This document shows positions 58,512 through 64,000 of a stretch of 64,000 nucleotides of DNA, one piece after another. Source of the stretch: Myxococcota bacterium (GTDB lineage: Bacteria; Myxococcota_A; UBA9160; UBA6930); assembly GCA_965223705.1 (NCBI GenBank), contig OZ245015.1, forward strand, positions 3,456,001 through 3,520,000. Direction: 5' to 3'. Under the pieces are notes generated by a model. That model ran no database searches and was not told the origin of the DNA. It saw nothing but the letters and a program-made list of their open reading frames with translations. Positions within the stretch are counted from its first letter, which is position 1; each line of letters opens with the position of its first letter. The position numbers and the translations under genes were made by a program.

Positions 58512-60112
58512 CCCAACACGAAGCCCGGGTAACCCTGCGACGCCACCTCGATACATTTCTCGCGGAAGGCCGGCGCGCCGCCCGCATAGAAAAGGAAGGT
58601 GCGTTTCTTCCCCGGGACGTTCGTTCCCATGAACCAGGAATCGGTCTTGGTAAAGATCATTCCCTCGGTGAGCGACTCGGCGTGCTCCGTCCAGGCCTCT
58701 TCCGCTGTCGGATCCGCTTCGATTCGCCGAAAGCCCTTCTCGTGCATGAACTCGATGCAATCGCTCACCCATTTTGTGACGAATTCCGCGCAGCGCGTGA
58801 AGTTGCAGAACACGGCCCCGTTCACGATGAAGAGGTTCGGGAACCCTGCGGTTTGGAGCGTCAGATAGGTGCTCGGGCCATCGGCCCACTTAGCGCCTAA
58901 GGACTCCCCGCCTTCGCCGCGGATGTCGATGCGCGCGAGCTCGCCGGTCACCGCGTCGAAACCCGTCGCGTAGATGATGACATCGAGCTCGTGTTGGGCG
59001 CCGCTCTCGAGCTCGATACCGGTCTCCGTAACCCGAGCGATCGGATCCTCTCGAACATCGACGAGGCGGACGTTGTCGCGGTTGTAGACCTCGTAGTAGT
59101 TCGTCTCGAGAGGGATGCGCTTCGAGCCGAACGGATGGTCCTTCGGCACGAGCTTCTCGGCCACAACCGGATCGTGAACGCGCGCCCGGATCTTGTCCCG
59201 GACGAATTTCGCGTACTCTTCGTTGGCCTTTTCATCGGTCATGACGTCCTGGAAGCAGCCGAACCATTTGTGGAACCCGGGCTTGGCCCAGATCTCCTCG
59301 TAAAACGCGAGGCGCTCCTCGGGTGGCACGTCGAAAGTGTTCCGCGGGTCGAATTCCTGCATGAACGCGCCGAAGGTGCGATCGCAGACCTCGAAGGTCT
59401 TGGGGTAGTCCTCTTTGATCCGCTGTTGCGTCTCGTCGTCGATCTCCCCGTTGCGCAGCGGACAGCAGTAGTTCGCCGTACGCTGAAAAACACTCAAGTG
59501 ACCGACCTGCGGAGCGATCTCGGGGATGAGTTGCACGGCGGTCGCGCCGGTGCCGATCACACCGACGCGTTTGCCGGAAAAGTCGACCGGATCCTTCGGC
59601 CACCGAGACGTGTGGAAGGATTCGCCTCGGAAGTCGGAGACTCCCGGGATGTTCGGCATCTGCGTGGCGGACAGAATCCCGACGGCGGCGATCAGGAACT
59701 TCGTGCGCGCGCGGTGCCCGTCTTCGGTTTCGACGTTCCAGCAGTTCTCGTCGGCGTCGTACTCGGCGCGGGCGATCCGCGACCCCAAGCGGATGTGGGG
59801 CCGAAGCTCGAACTTGTCGGCAAAGTAGTTGAGGAGCCGTTCGTTCTCGGGTTGCCCTGAAAAGTGCTCCTTCCAGTCCCACTCCTCGAGGAGTTCGTCG
59901 GAAAACGAGTACATGTAGGAGTAGCTTTCTGAATCGAAGCGGCACCCGGGGTACCGGTTCCAGTACCAGGTACCGCCCACGCCGTCGCCGGCCTCGAAGA
60001 TCCGAGCGTTCACTCCCGCCTGGCGCAGAAAGTAGAGTTGAGCGAGGCCTGTCACCCCTCCGCCGATGATGAGTGCCTCGAGCTCTTCGGTGTCGGCATC
60101 GTATTCGTTCAT
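58508..60112 (-). CDS. Baeyer-Villiger monooxygenase (type I)
   Basis: GGGVTG, GGTWYWNRYPGCRFD, fingerprint FRGESFHTSRWP and GTGAT. Confidence 0.95.
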   Translation of the reverse strand: MNEYDADTEELEALIIGGGVTGLAQLYFLRQAGVNARIFEAGDGVGGTWYWNRYPGCRFDSESYSYMYSFSDELLEEWDWKEHFSGQPENERLLNYFADKFELRPHIRLGSRIARAEYDADENCWNVETEDGHRARTKFLIAAVGILSATQMPNIPGVSDFRGESFHTSRWPKDPVDFSGKRVGVIGTGATAVQLIPEIAPQVGHLSVFQRTANYCCPLRNGEIDDETQQRIKEDYPKTFEVCDRTFGAFMQEFDPRNTFDVPPEERLAFYEEIWAKPGFHKWFGCFQDVMTDEKANEEYAKFVRDKIRARVHDPVVAEKLVPKDHPFGSKRIPLETNYYEVYNRDNVRLVDVREDPIARVTETGIELESGAQHELDVIIYATGFDAVTGELARIDIRGEGGESLGAKWADGPSTYLTLQTAGFPNLFIVNGAVFCNFTRCAEFVTKWVSDCIEFMHEKGFRRIEADPTAEEAWTEHAESLTEGMIFTKTDSWFMGTNVPGKKRTFLFYAGGAPAFREKCIEVASQGYPGFVLG

Positions 60113-60121
60113 TGCATCCTC

Positions 60122-61306
60122 CTAGTAACGGACCGGCAGGGTACGCGCGCCACGGATCCAAAGCGTCGGAAGCCAGTCGGTCGTTTCGTCGATCCGTCGG
60201 ATGTCGGGCATGCGAGCCAGGACGCGCTCGAGGGCGATCGCGACCAACCGTCGACCCAGGCCCGCCCCCGGACAGAAGTGTGGACCGTGCGAGAACGAGA
60301 GGTGACCGCGGGTGTCCCTCTCGATATCAAAGCGGTCGGGGTCGAGAAAGAAACGCTCGTCGCGATTGGCCGAGCTGATGTAGGACAAGACATAAGCGCC
60401 CTCGGGAATCTTGACGTCATGGAGCTCGATTTCTTGCGCCGCCGTCTGGAACACGAGGTGAACAGGAGACCAAAATCGGAGGGTTTCCTCAACCAGTTTG
60501 GGAATGAGGGCCGGGTCGTCGCGCACGGCGTCGAGGAGCGGAGGATTCTCGAACAGCGCGATGAGGGAGCTGCTGATCAGGTGCGATGGGGTCTCCGACC
60601 CGCCGAAATGCGTCAAGATCGCGATACTCAGGACCTGAATCGGCGACAGCGTGTCCCCCTCTTCCTCGGCCTTGACGAGAAGCGACAGGAAGTCGTCGGT
60701 CGGCCGCGCACGTCGTCGCGCGATTTCCTTTTCGAGGTAGGCCCGCAACTCCGAGACGCTCGCGCGGATCGTCTCGACCTCGGAGTCCGGCAAGCTCGCC
60801 CGGTTCGCGGCCTTGAGCAGATCGGACGTCCAGTTCTTGAAGTTCTCGTGCTCCCCGCGGTCGACTCCGAGGAGCTCCGCCGTGACGCTTACCGGCACGT
60901 AGGCCGCGAAGTCATTCACGAAATCGAACGAGCGGTCCGGGCCCTCGACGCCGTCGAGAAGACCGTCGACGATGCGAACGATCTCGGGCTCGAGGTCGCG
61001 AATAAGCGCCGGTTTGAATCCCTGGGAAGCGAGCTTTCTGATGGGCGTGTGTGCTGGCGGATCCATCGCGATGATCGAAGGGACTTCCGGCACGGGATCT
61101 AAATCGCCAAACGCCTGCGCGATAAAGTCGCGCGCCGAGTACTGCTCCGGATGCGTGAACGTGTTCTTGCAGTCTTCGTAACGAGTCAGCGCGAAAGCCT
61201 TGAGGGACTCGATCCAATAGACGGGTGCCTCGTCCCGCAAGCGGCGGTAGTAGGGATACGGGTCCATTTGAACGTCGTGACGTGTGGGATCGAATTCGAC
61301 GCTCAT
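60122..61306 (-). CDS. Cytochrome P450
   Basis: GGSET, EETLR and FSHGPHFCPG. Confidence 0.95.
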   Translation of the reverse strand: MSVEFDPTRHDVQMDPYPYYRRLRDEAPVYWIESLKAFALTRYEDCKNTFTHPEQYSARDFIAQAFGDLDPVPEVPSIIAMDPPAHTPIRKLASQGFKPALIRDLEPEIVRIVDGLLDGVEGPDRSFDFVNDFAAYVPVSVTAELLGVDRGEHENFKNWTSDLLKAANRASLPDSEVETIRASVSELRAYLEKEIARRRARPTDDFLSLLVKAEEEGDTLSPIQVLSIAILTHFGGSETPSHLISSSLIALFENPPLLDAVRDDPALIPKLVEETLRFWSPVHLVFQTAAQEIELHDVKIPEGAYVLSYISSANRDERFFLDPDRFDIERDTRGHLSFSHGPHFCPGAGLGRRLVAIALERVLARMPDIRRIDETTDWLPTLWIRGARTLPVRY

Positions 61307-62045
61307 CGCGGAGCCTCTCCTTCCTCGGGCGGCGGCGCGAGCCAGAATTTCACCTGGGGCTCGGCTCCGCCGAGCTGGATCGCCACGTCGCGGAAATTCC
61401 AGTAAGTGAACTCGCGCACGACGCGCCGGTTCTTGTAGGCGTGAAAGGTCATGCCACGCGTGTGGGTGGTCTTTCCTTTGGCCGGAAGCCCAGGAAATCC
61501 ATGTTGTGCTTCGCTTTCCACACCCAGTTCATGACGGCCCACTCGTCGTAATCGTAGTCGGCACCGACGCGTGTGTCGGAGCTCCAGGTCGCCCATTCGG
61601 GAGCCGTGTAGTTTTCGGGCGCCTCGTCGCGTCTCCAACCGCGATGCGCCCCGGCATCACCCCCGTCGTAGCGGATCACATCGAACTGATGGATACCGGC
61701 CGGCGCGTCCGCCCCCGCGTCGTTGAAAGGGAGGAACGCGCGGTAAAGCGACGCTTTGTCCGTGATGGTCTGGAAGAGAGTCACGTCCTCGAAGACGAAC
61801 TCGTCGGCGTAGTAGTGGATGATGGCCTCGGCGCCGCCGGTAAAGAAGGTGTCGATCCAATCTTCGCCGGTGGAAGGCCCCATGGCGCCTTCGCCCCTGA
61901 AGCCTCGGTGCGTCGCCTGCCCGGCGAGCGCGGACCCTCCCAGGCCGGCCATCAAGAGCGAGGCGCCGGCGCCTTTGAGGAGCGAACGTCGCGTGGCCGA
62001 GAAGGCGCTGGAGGAGCGCATGGCATCGAGATAAGCGAGGTGCAT
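61303..62045 (-). pseudogene. Tat-signal SnoaL/ester-cyclase-like protein split by a -1 frameshift at 61489-61491
   Basis: TRRSLLKG Tat motif. DFLG continues as LPAKGKTTHTRGMTF...REFTYWN in the next frame, and adding one G to the GGG run restores a single ORF. Probably a sequencing error. Confidence 0.75.
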
Positions 62046-62047
62046 GC

Positions 62048-62623
62048 TTAGGACCTTTCCAGATAACCGCGGACGAGCGAGTGCACGGTGTGAACGACCT
62101 GACGCCGATCGGCTCCCGAGAAACGCATCTGCACGATCATGTGAGCGAGTGACACAACGACCCGGGCGGCGTCGGCGAGATCGAGATTCGCAGCGACCGA
62201 ACCTTCCGCCGTGCCGCGCGCGAGGAGGCGTTCAATCCCGCGAAGCGCCTCCCGGTAGAACGCGAGGTAGTGCTCCCACAAGCCCTCCCGCACCGCGATG
62301 CTCCATTCGAGCCAGACCTGTACGTGGTGTGGATGCGAATCGATCGCGTCGCAGAAGGTCATGAGCACCGACTCGATCGCTTCGGGTGCCGACACGTCGC
62401 TCTCGAGGTGAGATTCGAGGATCTCACCGATGAGAAAGCGCGTGACCTCACGCAGTGCGGCCTCGACGAGCTCGTCCTTGGTCGGGAAGTAATGGAATAC
62501 CGTCGGAAGGGCGACCGCGGCCTCGCGCGCGAGATCGGTGTGGCTCGTTGCGCCGATTCCTTTACGCGTGAACGCACGCAGAGCGCACTGAATGAGTTGC
62601 TCACGGCGTTCGGCCGGAGCCAT
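62048..62623 (-). CDS. TetR/AcrR family transcriptional regulator
   Basis: ERREQLIQCALRAF...DLAREAAVALPTVFHYFPTKDEL. Confidence 0.93.
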   Translation of the reverse strand: MAPAERREQLIQCALRAFTRKGIGATSHTDLAREAAVALPTVFHYFPTKDELVEAALREVTRFLIGEILESHLESDVSAPEAIESVLMTFCDAIDSHPHHVQVWLEWSIAVREGLWEHYLAFYREALRGIERLLARGTAEGSVAANLDLADAARVVVSLAHMIVQMRFSGADRRQVVHTVHSLVRGYLERS

Positions 62624-62672
62624 CCGACTGGCGCGAGCGCGCCGCTTCTCGGCAACTCGGGTGGTGATGACG

Positions 62673-63893
62673 CTACCCCTTTGCGCGCTCGATACGGACG
62701 GGCAGCGCCTTCGGTCCACGCAGGTAGAAAGCGTCGCACCACTCGATCTCGGGCGTCGTGATTTCGATGCGGGAGAAGCGGTCGAAGAGCGCGTTGACCG
62801 CGACGTCGCCCTCCACGAGTGAAAGCGCGCGACCGAGACACATGTGGACTCCCCATCCAAAAGCGAGGCTCTCACGAAGTTCGCTCCGCGTGACATCGAT
62901 CCGGTCGGCGTCGCGAAAAACCGACTCGTCACGGTTCGCGCTCGCAAACATCGGAACGACAATCGAATTCTTCGGGATGGCGACACCGGCGACCTCGGTA
63001 TCCCGCGTCGCTTGGCGAAAGATCATCTGCACGGGAGCGATGAAACGGAGGCTCTCGTCCAGAAGGCCAGACACCAGCGCGCGATCGGCCCGCACGGCCG
63101 CTTCCTGGTCCGGGAACGCGCGAAGACAGACCAGTAGGTTGGAGAGCAGGTTGGTCGTCGTTTCATTCCCCGCGATGAGGAGCAGTACGCACATGGCGAG
63201 CACCTCGTCCTCCGAGAGTTTCTGGCCATCCTCTTCGGCCGCGACGAGGGCCGAGATCAGATCGTCGCCCCGTTCCTTTCGGGAACGCTCGATCCGATCG
63301 AGGAAGTAGGCGCGGAACTCGTCGGCATCGCCCCGGATTTCCGCTCTCTGGCTATGGTTGAGCGCTTCGGCGTTCCCCCCGGCGGTCACGCTGTTCGACC
63401 AACGCCGAAAGGAAGCGTGCATCCCGCTCTCCACACCCAACATGTCGGCGATCACCGACACGGGAAGCGGAGCCGCGAACTCGCCGGTGAAGTCGAACTC
63501 GCCCTTTTCCTCGAGCACGTCGAGGAACTCCGCTACGCGTCGTGCGATCTCGTCGCGCATGCCGGTGACGTAACGACGCGAGAAGGCTTTGTTGACCAGC
63601 CCCCGAAGACGGGAATGGTCCGGCGGGTCGGTGGCGATCATGTAGGGTGCGCCCGGCGCGGGGTCGAAGGCCCCGAACGCGATCCGGATCAACGGTGCCG
63701 AGGAGAAGCACTCGTGGTCGAGGAGCACCCGGCGGACGTCCGCGTGACGGCTCACCGCCCAGGCGTCGAGGCCCGGCAAGTGCTTGACCGGCTCGTGGGC
63801 GCGCAAGTGAGCGTAGTAGGGATAAGGATCGGATCGAACCACCGGAGAGAGCGGGTCGTACTCGGCGAGGGTATCGGGGTCAGGTGCCGCCAT
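62673..63893 (-). CDS. Cytochrome P450
   Basis: AGNETT, DESLR and FGWGVHMCLG. AGGAGGAG RBS. Confidence 0.96.
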   Translation of the reverse strand: MAAPDPDTLAEYDPLSPVVRSDPYPYYAHLRAHEPVKHLPGLDAWAVSRHADVRRVLLDHECFSSAPLIRIAFGAFDPAPGAPYMIATDPPDHSRLRGLVNKAFSRRYVTGMRDEIARRVAEFLDVLEEKGEFDFTGEFAAPLPVSVIADMLGVESGMHASFRRWSNSVTAGGNAEALNHSQRAEIRGDADEFRAYFLDRIERSRKERGDDLISALVAAEEDGQKLSEDEVLAMCVLLLIAGNETTTNLLSNLLVCLRAFPDQEAAVRADRALVSGLLDESLRFIAPVQMIFRQATRDTEVAGVAIPKNSIVVPMFASANRDESVFRDADRIDVTRSELRESLAFGWGVHMCLGRALSLVEGDVAVNALFDRFSRIEITTPEIEWCDAFYLRGPKALPVRIERAKG

Positions 63894-63928
63894 GTGTCTC
63901 CTCCTGTGACCGAGTCACCGTACGCGCT

Positions 63929-63982
63929 ATTGAAGTCATCATCAATAAAAAATGTGCAGAGTGGGATACGTCCCACTTTTTC
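63929..63982. promoter_or_regulatory. AT-rich promoter region with inverted repeats upstream of the P450-TetR operon
   Basis: ATTGA-N8-TCAAT at 63929-63946 and AGTGGGA-TACG-TCCCACT at 63960-63977, followed by a T-run. Confidence 0.45.
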
Positions 63983-64000
63983 AATGGACAGCTTTGTGGT

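Noticed and set aside
61480..61500. Programmed ribosomal frameshift in the SnoaL-like gene
   Set aside because: No canonical slippery site is present. A short homopolymer indel is the simpler explanation.
1..64000. CRISPR arrays, tRNA/rRNA, transposases, integrases, prophage or defence genes
   Set aside because: No periodic repeats, RNA-gene signatures or such protein motifs were seen by eye. Small RNAs cannot be excluded without a covariance-model search.

Overview
This is a GC-rich, gene-dense bacterial window with about 65 CDS. I saw no rRNA, tRNA, CRISPR array or mobile element. It is dominated by catabolic and redox enzymes: a boxR-boxC-boxB aerobic benzoyl-CoA epoxidase locus with no boxA in the window, four cytochrome P450s, four luciferase-like monooxygenases, a Baeyer-Villiger monooxygenase, CoA ligases/transferases, thiolase-like proteins, a hydantoinase/oxoprolinase pair plus a molybdopterin enzyme, an SCO/PCuAC copper-delivery operon and an ECF sigma/anti-sigma module. 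The strongest hidden signal is a probable selenoprotein. A peroxiredoxin-like gene that the ORF track splits in two has an in-frame TGA exactly at the first Cys of its CxxC motif (RGVW-U-PYC), followed by a SECIS-like hairpin. There are also three eroded gene remnants, two single-base frameshifts and a probable ATC-initiated gene after boxB. All assignments come from reading motifs by eye, and no database searches were run.
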